From the human T2T-CHM13v2.0 reference genome, Homo sapiens, in the NCBI RefSeq assembly GCF_009914755.1, contig NC_060935.1: 64,000 bases of DNA, one strand, 5' to 3'. Made by a program: the position numbers and the translations under genes. The notes beneath the pieces are model-generated. The model ran no database searches. It was not told where the DNA came from and was given only the letters and a program-made list of their open reading frames with translations. Below, piece after piece: positions 26,584-39,912 of this stretch. Each line of letters begins with the position of its first letter. The stretch's first letter is position 1.

Positions 26584-27616
26584 GCCTTTATTCCAGCAGC
26601 ATATAATGATAATTTTGTATAAACATGTTTTTGATGGCTAAGCATCACCACCAGGGCTCTACCATACCATCACCCATTATTTCCACTGAAATCAGGGAAC
26701 TCAACTTCATTGCAACATCTGCCCACCATGATCTCTGACCTATGGCAGATAGCCACAACACTTTCAGTAATTCTGATGCTCTCTTGAGCAATGCAGTTTT
26801 ATATCTTAATGAAGGGGATGTCCTCTAGGACTTCCTGGGGAGATGGTTAAGTAGTGGCTGAGCAAGCTGCTCATGTTAAGTCCATTCCAACAGTCCCGTC
26901 TCCGGAGCCTTTAGACTCCTTTCTCTACATTATTGATTTTAGGGTTTTGCTACTTGAGTATGATCCATGAATTAGACCTTGTTTGAAACACACAACCCCA
27001 GGCTCACCGTAGTCCTCGAGAATCAGAATCTGCATTTCAACAAGATCATCAAGTGATTCTTCTGCATGTTAAATTTTGAGAAACCCTGTTGTAGGTCATT
27101 GTTGAATCCAGGCTTCAGTTAAGTATCACTTCATAGTCGTCTGAGTCAATATATTAAATCTAGAATCCCAGGTGACTGCTCCAATATTAATTAATTCTGC
27201 CTGATCTAATCTTTTATTCCATCTTCCCGGGTCCCACTCCTTCAGAATCTACTCACATACATTCTTCCTAAAGGGAAACAAACACATTAAAATATGACCT
27301 GGCTGGGAGAAAGCTAGGGGCAGAGTCACCCATAGGGTTTGCAAGGTACTGGGCAAACATATTTTGTCTACATAAACAATTCTGTTTAAAAATATATTGT
27401 GAAATTCATGGGCACATGTGAGTTGAAATAATTTCTAATATATGCATAACTCCTTGGAACCTGTTTCCATTGAAACAACATAGATTTCCCTGCCTCTGCA
27501 GTTCCCTAAAACCATTTATCAGTTAACACAGGTTGCATCATTACTCATGGCATTGCATCATTTATCATACTGCCCATGAATATTGGCTTCCAATGACTCT
27601 CAAAGTTGCAACTGTG

Positions 27617-28032
<416 letters not shown>

Positions 28033-29125
28033 TTAATAGCAAAAACATAGAACAGGGCTTCCTCCAATCATGTCTTGAACTCTTTAGGGCACAATCACTG
28101 CAGCCTGAATGTGGTCTCATTCAATGTTGAGCGCACCTCTGCCCTCAACACAGCATCACTGGGGGGAGAACAGGTTCAAAAGACCTACGGGAAGAGTGAG
28201 AAGGGGGGCTCTCTTTGTGCATGAAATATCTGTTCCTCCATTAGCATTTCTTAATACTGAGCTGAAGAGCACAATGACACATTTTCCTAGATGGTTATAG
28301 AAACCTCAGCTTAATTCCTGATCTGAAACTGCATCATCCCTGCAGACTCCCTCCCCACAAGCCCTGCCCTGGCCCACAAGCTGCACTTCAACTTCAGTGC
28401 TTATGGCTCTAGCTGTCAGGGTCTTTGCTTATCTGTGCTACCTAAAGCCTTCTTTGTTGTTTTCTTCTGAATTCAACTCTGTTTTTAAAGTTTTTACTGT
28501 ATGTTATCTAGAATTCCCAGGCAATTGTCATGGAAGAGATGTATTGTCTCAATCTACCAGGTTTCCAAAACCAGAAGTCCTCACTATCTTTCTATTTCAA
28601 ATAAATTCAATTTAATTCATCTCAATTTATCATGCATATATTGAGAACCTAAAATGCGTCAATTCATTGCTAGACATTGGAGATCAAGAGCTAAGACTCA
28701 GTTCCTGCTTTTAAGAAATGTGCAGTCTCGTGGAAAAGGCAAGCATATTTTAAAATTATAACACAATTTGTTAAGTTCACGTCCATTTTACAGAATAAGC
28801 AGTGGGAGGGTTAGACTGAAAGGAGACATGGCAAGAGGCCAGAGACCAGTATTATATAGTGATTATTTGACTAAGACATTACAGGGTCTGTAATACTGTT
28901 TCCATGCGGGACTTCTTTCCTGACATTTCTCAAGAAATTTATATGTTTTTCTAAGTTCCAAATTTTAGAAAAATCAGTCAAGAAATCAGAAACATGAAAG
29001 TATTATAATTCTCCTGTGAGAATTAGAGCTTAACAATTAACAAAGAAACATTACTGGCTCAAAGGAACCCAATGACATCAAGCCAAAAGTAAGAACAGGA
29101 ACCCTGAGCCACAGAGACAAGTATT

Positions 29126-30218
29126 AAGGTTGACATATCTGGAAACGGGGCAGAGGCATGTAAGACAGAAGCAGCCACAGCCTAATCAGTCTTTCTTAGG
29201 GCTGTGGCCATGGAGTCAGTGTGTGTTGGTAGCCCTGTCTGCTGGTAATCAGTTACTCTTGCAAATAAAATAAATATTAATAAGATTATACATTCAGTAA
29301 CTGTTATATAAGTCCTATAAGCAGTGTGTCAAGAAATACAAGTTTCGGAAGCAAAATAAATCCCTAAATGGACAATTTTGTCATGCAAATCCACAGGGGT
29401 GATGGTAACCTTGTTAGAAGATATGAATGTCATGTTATTTGAGTATTGCCCGAATTGTTGGCATTTTCTAGTGTTTAAATATCTGCTATTCACTGAAGTT
29501 CTTTCCAAGTATGTTGACCGCCCAACAAAACTACGAAGAGAATAAATTAATGTTGTTATATAATGTTCTAGTAAGCCACCCGAAACTGACCTAAAATCTG
29601 AATTAACAAAAATAGTATATTTTTCAATGGACAAATGAAAACCAGAATAAGCAGATAAAATATTTTCATTGCTAAAAAAGGAAATGAACTTATTTGAAGC
29701 AACATGTTCCCTGACTCCCAATTTGAAGATGCTTTTGAACACATCTTTAATCAATCAATTCAATTAATGTAACACAAGATGAAAGATATTTTTCTACATT
29801 TGCAATATTTGTCCTAATATTGTCCAAAACTATTTGACAGTGAAATTCATGCCTATGTGTCTTACAATTTTATTAAGGATAATTTTAAAAATATTTAATA
29901 TTTGTTGTATTATCACTCAATGTACTAATAATCTTTACTTGGCATTGATTTTGTGTTTATTTTCTCTTCTAATGTTTTCTATTATCAAATGTGTATATTA
30001 GGTAGAGGCCATTTTTGCATATTATTGAAATATATAATTGTGTCATAGTGTTTCGGTTCATAGCAATAGTAGCAAAGCATTTATTATTATCTCTTTTTCT
30101 TTCTTTACAGAAAGCCTCTCAAATTTTTAGTATAACCCTGTTACAGAAAAACTCTTCATTATTTATGATTATGACCAATTTTTATTATTTTAAAAACACG
30201 TAAGTAATAAGTCACACT
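29126..30218 (+). mobile_element. Ancient hAT (Blackjack-like) transposon remnant
   Basis: Plus strand with one frameshift reads ...LLKKEMNLFEATCSLTPNLKMLL...QDERYFSTFAIFV...CLCVLQFY (ERxFS hAT dimerisation motif at 29781-29795). Degenerate TIR-like ends aaggttgacatat / ataagtcacact; boundaries uncertain. Confidence 0.55.
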
Positions 30219-31419
30219 AAATATAGAATAATTTATGAGTTTGCAAATTACTGGGCATTCCATTTTCTTGTTTCTGCATCACAAAAATTAATATCCGTCA
30301 GGAATTTGGAAGCAGTGGCCAGTACTAAGACAACCACAGTGGAAATGAAGAGGGAAGAAAAAACTAAAGAGGTATTTAAGAGATAGGATCGCCAGGATTT
30401 ACTGGCTGACGAGATGTGAGGAATAGGAGAGAAAGAGGAATCTAGACTAGCTCCTAAGCATCTGGTTTTGTTGACTTGGTTGGTACAGGTTTCAGGAAAA
30501 AAGGCTGGGGGTGGTAGCAATAGTAGTAGTAGTGGTAATGTTGCTCTTTTGAAATCCATTCTTGATCCTACAGCCAGAGGGATGGTAGCGAGGGGCCTTA
30601 GCTCAGCTGAGATTGTCACAGCACATAAAGTTTAAGGAGCCCGGGTTACTTGGCCGGGGATGTCCTCGGGTGTTTGGAGCTCAGCGCAGGGGTTTGTTCA
30701 GGAGTGGGAGGCTTGACATTCATCCACAAATAGACGGGAGTTACAATCACGGACATGTCAGTATTTGTTTCCAACTATTTCAGACTTGTTTAACAGATCT
30801 CAAGTGTAACAGAAAAGGTGGGTGTTTAGGAGCAATATGGGATAATTATTTTACAGCTTTCTCAGCCTTACCCATTATCTTAGTCATTTTGGCAAACAAA
30901 ACGTGACAGCTGGTTGTGGCTTTTACCCTCTAGAACTTCCACAGCTACAGATATACATACTGTAAAAAGTAAAGGAGAAATGCCTTCTGTTTTTACTTTA
31001 GCTTGAAACCAAAATTTTAGTGAGAAGGAGAAATCTTCTTCTTTCCCCACTCCATTTTCCTTTAGTTACAACAACATTTACACACACACACAGGGAAAAA
31101 TTATGAAAATAAGTTAAATCAAGTAGAAAAAATACAGTACAGATATGACAAGAGATGAAGAGAGCCCAGCAGAACCACTCTGTCACATTAATACAAAACA
31201 GTCAACTTGTGTGACACAAGGACCTCATCCTAATGATTTTTTAAAACTTGAGGCTTCGTGGCCTGTTCTGGTCCATACACTACAGAGCTTAGAGGTAAAG
31301 TTGAAGGCTCTAGAGTTGACCGAATTGAGGTTTGAATCCCAACTTCACTGTTCCGGGCTATGTGACCTTAGGTGAGCTATGCAATCCCTCTAAGCTTCAG
31401 TTTCTGTATATGTGAAATG

Positions 31420-32105
31420 AGTCATCCTTGACTTCTCCCATTCTCTAACCTCTCTGTCAGTCATCGACTAAACATTTCTTGTATCTGCTAACTTCTCTCC
31501 ATCCCCACTGCCATGTCCAAGTTATGGACATCTCGTATGTGGACTGTTACAACACTCTCTAGTTGTTCTCCCCACATCCACGTTGCTCACTGAAATCCAT
31601 TCTTGAACCTACAGCCAGAGGCATCATTTGAAATCATAAACCTGATCATATCATTCTGCTACTTAAAACCCTGCGATATCTCCCCATTGCCTGTGGAGTT
31701 TACCACCACTACCACCTGACAATGGGGTGCCTACCAGAACAGTCTCTGAGCTCCCTCTTCAACCTCCATCTCCTCTACCCCATGCACCTTGACCATTAAC
31801 CTCCTTTCATCCTTCAAGTCTCAGCTTAGAAGCCACTTTCTCAGGAAGTCTTTTTTCCTCCCCACCCCACACCCTACTTCCTGCCTCTAGGTGTTCCTAC
31901 AACACGATGTACTTCTCTCATCATGACACGCATCACACTCAATGACAGTTGGCTATTCACTTGTCCATATTCCCAAGTAGAGCATAAGCACCTCAAGAGC
32001 AGTTACCCGTTTATCTTGTTCTTGTTGCATCCTCCACCATTTAGCACAGTACTTGGGGTAGAAAGTGCTCAAAAATATTTGTTGCATGAATAAATAAGTG
32101 AATCA
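31420..32105 (+). mobile_element. L2 LINE 3' fragment
   Basis: atccattcttgaacctacagccagag, ctgatcatatcattctgctacttaaaaccc, catccttcaagtctcagctt, terminal gtgctcaaaaatatttgttgcatgaataaa. Confidence 0.75.
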
Positions 32106-35100
32106 AACTTCTAATTTCCTGTTTCTAGCTGGGATGTGTTCTTTCATCCTGGCCTTACTTCCTGCTTGCTGTGCTCACTTCATGCTTGGTACTAATCGTG
32201 TGATACCGAATCTAGATTCCTAGTTGTTATATATATATCATATATATTTACAGATTAAATATAATATGTACATAATAGATAAATTATAATTACATAAACT
32301 TAATATTTAATATATTTAATTGATTGTTCTATAATTGATTGATTATTTGAATGACTTTTATTTATTCATTCTTCCATTTGATCAGCCTTTGACCATCTTA
32401 TTTTTATAGTAACCATAGCCCACTGGCAGTTTATTTTAATCTATGATTTATGCATTCTACCTTTTCTAATTTTTTATTAATTTTTAAATAATTACTTCTT
32501 ATATCAGCCACGTTTTTATCAGGAAAATAGAAGCCACTCTGTGTCTTCCAAATATTAATAGTTTTAGACAAGAAAGTGAAGCTTCTGCAACTGTTAGGGA
32601 AGCAAAGGTCAAGGAGGCCATTGTTAACACTCTGCTTGGAGCACTGAAGCACACGATTCCCAGGAGCTCACCTGGAAAACTGCAAAACTTGTGAGTCGAG
32701 AGATGCTCTAGACATCTATCCCCTCTCGTAGCACAAAAGGCAATTCTCCAAAAGTTCATCTGAAAGCTGCTTTGAACCTTACATCTCTCCATGCGTGTGC
32801 CTACAACTGCCACTGGAGAATACTGGCCTTGCCTTCCTCCTTCCTCATACAAGTGCGTCTTCCTGGATGGTCTCTCCTGAACCTCACAGAGAAGAGAATT
32901 CTGCAAATTACAACTACAGTCCTGATTTCTCTTCCATGGAGCAGGGAGACATTAGAAGGGGTGGCAGGGATGTTCAGTTGACAACAAATAGCTCCACACA
33001 CTTGTTCTACGCTCACTGAAAACAGTTATATTAATGACATTGATGACAATAAGCTTAATAAATATTTTGTTTGTCCACTGGGTACCAATGCCCACTTTCC
33101 TGTAAAATAACAAAAACTAAATGGTAATGCCCATTCAGTATGGTGCATACAATGAACGTTATGACTGACGCTGAGCTGTCTGCATTACTGTTTTATGACT
33201 CTTAAGTGGATAGATGAGTCACATCCTTGTGTCCTACACACAACCCATTAAAAGCAACAGGCCTCTGCAGACCTGGGGAAAAACAAGGCAGTCTTGCACT
33301 CTTAGATTTCATTCCTGGCAAAGGTGCTATAAGTCAAAATGATGTAAGCTGAATCAGATTTTCCAGTAGAAACTAAGCCACATTCATTACCAACAGCTTA
33401 AAGACCAACCTCTTTATAGAAAATGACCACAGACGTCACAATTAGCTAAATGCAAATGGTATATCTGTAAACAAGTCAATGTAAGCCTTTACAAAACATA
33501 TAGATACCGAACAGGGCAATACAGAAGTCAACCACCGGATTATAATCGCTATTTAAAATGCTGATATCTTCTAATGATTTTTGTTATATTTACCAAAATG
33601 AATAGCATTTGTTCAGGGACTCTTTGGGCACATTCTGAGAGTAATCTTTAAAAAGATCTGTGAGGAAAATTAGGAATGTGCGATATGTTTTGAGAAATAA
33701 ATCCAGGGATGTGTGCTCCTTAGTGTCCGTCTGCTTATAGTCCCCAAATGTACAAAGCAAAGAATAATTGGCCATTGGGTTTTGCTTTCTGAACTGCTGG
33801 CACATAAGTACTAGCTACTTACTACCTTATACCTAAAAATTGCTTTTAAAATGCACAACTTAACCTCCATTTTCACTGAAATTTCTGACATTTTATCCCC
33901 TATTACACTATTACAAAGTGTCAGGAGCTCTCAGTTCCTGACCTAGAACAGAAGCCAGGTCCACTAATATATATCAGTGGGTCTGACTCATTAGACTGAT
34001 TATAAAGGTTGATTTGATTCTGACTCCAGAAATAATTCTTTTGCAGCAGTAGTAGAATTGAATCCTCTAATGGAAAAATGTTACTTTCCAATTAAAAAAA
34101 AAAAGACTCCGAAAGAGTGACTATTCAGAATACTTGTAAGTTAAAAGCACTTTCTTTTCCCCCATAAGTGTACTGGAATGTAGAGATCCAAATTCACAGT
34201 CTTCTCTGAAAGTCATTATTTTGCTCTAAACCTTTCTGGGATTTCTGTGTGTGAACTGCCTTTTAAATCATCATAATCCAGGTGATGTGATCTATGTCAA
34301 TCACTTTATGTTCACAAGACAGTTTTCATTTGTCCACGGCCTTTTTTTTCTTCCTCGGTCCCTCTCTTCTCTCCTCCACTTAATCTGCCGGAAATCCAGA
34401 TCTTCCTTCTCTGTTACCTTCATGCTGGAGCCAGACAGGAGACATTCTTAAGTGCTGGGAGTGGGTACTGGAGCAGGGATAGTGGAGCCCAACCGAGGCT
34501 ACCTGGGCAGGAAGGAGCACATCATCAGGAAGCAAACTCCAGGCCACGTATACAAAGCATCGCACTCAGAGGATGTCTGTATTCCCAAAGTCATGGACCA
34601 GGCAAGTTTTACCAAGTCTCTGGGAACATCCGTGTTCCCATCTGTGAAATGAGTGAGTGGGAGGAGTTAACCTTTCTTCCTTCTCTAACATTGTCTGGCT
34701 GTATGGTGTGTATTGTTTGCCTGCTGAAAGAATACAGTAGATATAACTTACTAAACCACTAAAATGGAAATAGTTGCCAGTGGCCGGTGCAAATTTAGAT
34801 AGAGCAAATTTAACATGTTCGTTTAAATTCTAATACCATATGCAAAGGTGAAGAGACTGGGTGTAATCAGATGCATCCTAGGAAGTGGAATTTCCAGAGA
34901 CATCTGAATAATGAGAGAAAGAGAGTGAACTTGGCAGTGCCTTAATTCAAGTGGCCAAGTACTGTACGGTTCTGGAAAATGCTGGTCCTCGTTATGTGAG
35001 CTCTTCCCATATGCCTTTGACTTCCCCCTGCACCACCTGCCTCCTCCCAAATGCCCTGCTACTCCCTGTTGACCTCCTGGGATTCTCTCCAGCGTGGAAC

Positions 35101-36268
35101 CTTTCCTAACCGACTGGCTACACATTGTGACTTTTCCTGCTGAGAGCACTGGTCAGGTTCTAAACCCATAACCCTTGACCCCCCCCAAGTACACTAAAAG
35201 CCATTAACCTGAGGCCAAGATGTAATCTCAATATTTGATTCAATTCTCTTGAAAGCTGCCCACAATTTCCCATTATCAATGTATGCTGTTTAATTTAGAT
35301 TATAGGCTCTTAGAGGGAAGGGACCACATTTGTGTATTTCGTCTGATTTGGCGCTGAATTTCTGCATTTAGCAGGTAATCTTTGGATTAACTCTCAAGAG
35401 AAAAGATGGCCTCGGGCTTAATAAAAGTTGATCCCAGCTCATATCATGTTCCAAAATTACAGTTGACAGATGATCACCACAGACGTTCCTGCTGTCATAC
35501 TCTGTAAATGTAAGGAGGACCAAGGTCACCTGTGGACGGGTGGGTGGAGCTGCCTGCCCAGGGTTGTAGTCCAGGCTCCTCTGTTGGAGCTGTTCTTCAT
35601 GGTTTTCCTCAGAAGAAATAGGGCATCCGCCTGTATTCATATGGGTCTTCCTTCCCAGCTTTGGCTGTGCTTTGGAGATTCTTCAGAAAGGGATGAACCC
35701 AATCACCTCTCCTGTCTGAGAAGCTGAGGGATGTACTAACCTGCTGGGGATGGATGAGTGGGTAGATAGATGGAGCTAGCAGGAGACCTCTGTCATTTAG
35801 GCCAACCCCTTCATTTTATAGGAAACTGGAATCCAGAGACAAGTAGTGACATGCTCTCTTATGCTACTGAGAGTCTCACTGTTTGAATTCCATGTGATCT
35901 TTTGTGCTTCTGCTAGAAATACAGTTAGGTTAATTCTTAAACAACTTTCCTTCCAGAATCCTAGAGAGCCAAGGAACTGTAGGACCACTGTTACTAACCC
36001 CAGAGCCACTAGTACCAGTCCCACCTCCAAAGTCCCAAGAAATTAAGTAAGCAAATAAACACACAAGTACATTTCAGCTAAACAGATAATCACAAGGTAT
36101 ATCTTTTAAATTCCCAGGCTGATGAGGTCGTTAAATAATCTAGAAGGAAGAAACTAAGCCAAAACAAATACTATAAAATACAACTGGAATAACTGACTAA
36201 GAAAGATAAAAGAATCCCAGATTTCATATCCATAAAACCCAGATGAGTATCTCATTGATGTAAACAAA

Positions 36269-36271
<3 letters not shown>

Positions 36272-36316
<45 letters not shown>
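36272..36316. repeat. (TG)22 microsatellite
   Basis: Perfect TG run. Confidence 0.97.
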
Positions 36317-36321
<5 letters not shown>

Positions 36322-36376
36322 GATAGATCCTCTTCTATAGGTGTTTTGAGTCACCACTAGAAAGAATACATGTGGC

Positions 36377-36755
<379 letters not shown>

Positions 36756-37930
36756 TTAGACTCTCCTCCTTCATACCATTAAACATCACAATGCCTAGTA
36801 CTGACAGAAACCCCCTAAAGCTGGGTGACAGACAGCAGAAGCTATTATGAAACTCCCCCCAGTGATATCAAGACTTCTTCCTGGAAGAAGACAGTGACTG
36901 ATGTGACTCTTCATCTGAGTCATCTCATGGTGTACAGAAGCTGTTTCTCTCTGTCCTGCCTCTTAGGAGGGCACGCTGCCCATTGGAAACTGACTCCAGG
37001 CAGTGTGAGGAGTAAGGCCAGCTCATATTGTTTATAGGCACTTTAGAACCTCGGTCATCTCCTAGTGATCTACAGTGTTTGGTTTCTTCCTGGGACAGAG
37101 GAGTGCTCTGTAAATCAAGCCCTTCTTGGTTCGTCAGCCCTCTGTCAATGTTTGCTGAGTCCTCAAGTCAAAGGCAAGTCGGAACAGTGTGGAGACTTTG
37201 GCAAAGGGCTTGTTCCCCAGTGTTCAACCTCTCCATTTTGATGAAACAATTCTAGGGTGAGGTTGGCCCTAGGAATTATTTCTCTGACTCATATTCCCTT
37301 TCCTCTTTTCACACACTCAGAATGCACCATGCTGAGCACCTCATAGCCCCGAGCAGAGAGAGGCCAGGGTTGGGGCAAAGCCCTACTGGGGCCCACTCCC
37401 AAGACTGAGAAGACAAACAGGGAGGCGTCTCTCCCAAGCCAATTTCTTTCATCACCCAAAGCTATTTAGGGACACCATTGCCACACACTTCATGAAGAAA
37501 CCCCAAACTGGTTCTAGCTCTCAGAGGTGGGAATAGACCTACTTAAGTTCTATGAACAAAGAATAGAGAATTAAGCCAAGCAAAGAGATAGGCAGTAGGT
37601 TTGATATCTGCCTTTCCTGTCGGGAAGAGGAGCAAGGGGCCGCTGCATCTTTAGAGACTTGAGCTAACGACAGACACAGATCCTGGCCCCGAAAAGCAGT
37701 TGGACTGTTTGTGGGCATCGTGTTCCATGCTTCATCTTTCATCATCTGATTCAGCAGACATTAACTCTGTTGGCTCTTAGAGTGCAAATGATGAAGACAG
37801 AACACCAACCTTCAAGCAATCCACAATTTAGAAGGGAAGGCAGACACGCAAACAGTTTCCATATAATCGGTAGGTATTAAGGCAGACTTATGCATAGAGT
37901 GCTATTTTGCTTTTCCCAAGGACACAGGTG

Positions 37931-37933
<3 letters not shown>

Positions 37934-37973
<40 letters not shown>
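37934..37973. repeat. (AC)20 microsatellite
   Basis: Perfect AC run. Confidence 0.97.
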
Positions 37974-37976
<3 letters not shown>

Positions 37977-39531
37977 AGAACATAAGCTCAGTATTGTTAT
38001 ATGTCTCCACTCATGATTGGAGTCGCAGGAATATTTCAGGTGGAGCAAGAGAAGCTCTACCAGCACTGAGAATTGAAAGTCTGCACAAGGGCCTCCTGTG
38101 TTCTACCACTGTCTTGAAGGTGCTCCCACTCTCAACATTTCACAAGCACTAGCTCACTCCGTCTGAAACAAAAAGAGTGAGTATACAAAAAGCCTGTAAA
38201 ATACATAACACACTGCCTCCTTATGGGAGGCGTCCTGTGTCTCACACTCTCTGGAGAACAGAGAAGATGTGGTTGTCAGCTATCCACAGATCTGACCTTG
38301 GCTGACCTTCTGTAACTCTGAACAAGGCTATGCTTTTCTATACTGGGAATCCTTTGAATAGAATAAGATGTTTGAATAGAAATGAGGTTTTATCGGAAAG
38401 TGAAGTTGGAGAGTATTAAAATGATGATGAAAAGTGTCATTTATTCACTAATTTATGCATTCATTATGTCTGTTCTTCACAATTATATTTGGATGTCTGT
38501 TGTGTGTTAATACGTTGGTGCAAAAGTCACGTATGTGTAGGAGGTAAAGATGAATAAAATGTGCCTGACCTCAAAAAGTTACCCTCAGTGTGAGAAACTT
38601 GAGTTCATCAATTAACAAAAATTCAAAGAGGAATGACACAAGTGCTCTAATAGAAATGTATCAGGGTTCCAGCTTTGGTTCTGTACCTAAGAAGCTTAAA
38701 AGTTGTCATTCTGCAGCAACAAGTACAAATTTGAACAAACTAAAAAACCAACAACTCTTCTTAGATCTGTAAGAGAAATGAGGTCACAGGGCAAACTGCT
38801 GCTCTCAAAATTGGAGAGCTAGACAGGCAGATACAGAGAGTCACAACTAACCGGAGCAGAAACCCATGAGCAAACCTCTGTGAGATCCAGCACCTGGAGA
38901 GGAAACCATGAATTGCTGGAGGCTGAGTATGGATAAGTTTAGGAGTTAAAAACACCAGAGAAACCCAGTAACAGGGGTCGAGGTTGGGGGCACACTTTTG
39001 TGAGTTTTACCTCCAAGAGCTTGACCAGTTTCTCATGGTGAATACTGGGGGGAAAATCTCCTTGTGCTCCTGGCAGAAGGAAAGAGAGGAATCATTTTGA
39101 AATATGCCAGAGCACTCTGTTCTTTTTAACAAGATATGCCCTCAGGAGAAACTATTTAACTAGCACCTAAACTGCAGGGGTTTTATCAGAGTCTTACTGA
39201 CCTAGGGGAAGGAAAACACCCAACTACAGCTAGCCCTAGCCTTCCCCGTGGGAGAAGGAAAATACCCAACTCAAGCACACCCTAGTCATTCCTTCCCACC
39301 TAAGGGGAGTCCAGAGGAGACTGAGAAATATTTGTGAAGTTCACAGTCCAAAGGCGTAGGTTCCCTAAAAGACTAAGACCTAATCATAGACTATAGAATG
39401 CTTCCTCTACCCACGTACCTTACCATAACATTACTAAAGAATTATTTACAGCAATTTCTTTAACCCAGTATATCACGTCCAGCTATCAAGAAAAAATTAC
39501 AAGGCAAAAGACATGGTTTGAAGAAACAGAG

Positions 39532-39690
39532 CTCCTGCCTCAGCTTCCTGAGTAGCTGGGACTACAGGCAAGTATCACCATGCCCAGCTGAGGCAGGAGG
39601 ACTGCTTGAGTCCAGGAGGTTGAGGCTGCAGTCAGCCATGTTCTGACACCACTGCACTCCAGCCTGGACGACAGAGTGAGGCCTTGTATC
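39532..39690 (+). mobile_element. AluJ-type right arm with inverted 5' segment
   Basis: 39532-39589 is antisense Alu; 39586-39690 is sense Alu right arm. Confidence 0.85.
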
Positions 39691-39912
39691 AAAAAGAAGA
39701 AAAGAAAGAAGATGAGGAAGAAGAAAGAAGAAGAGAGAAGAAAGAAAAGAAGAGAGAAGACAGAAGAGAAAGAAGAAGAGGAAGAAGAACAAGAGGAAGA
39801 AGAAGAAGAGGAGGAGAAAGAGGAGGTGGAGGAGGAAGAAGAAGAAAAGAAGAAGGAGGAGGAGAGGAGGAGGAGGAAGGAAGGAAGGAAGGAAGGAAGG
39901 AGAAAAGGAACA
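39691..39912. repeat. GA-rich polypurine tract (expanded Alu tail: GAA/GAG/GGAA)
   Basis: ~220 nt almost exclusively A/G. Confidence 0.95.

Noticed and set aside
32500-33065. Possible exon (stop-free ~58 codons, ctt|gtgagt donor-like site at ~32690, AATAAA at ~33057)
   Set aside because: No convincing acceptor, start codon or known-protein similarity; such motifs arise by chance.
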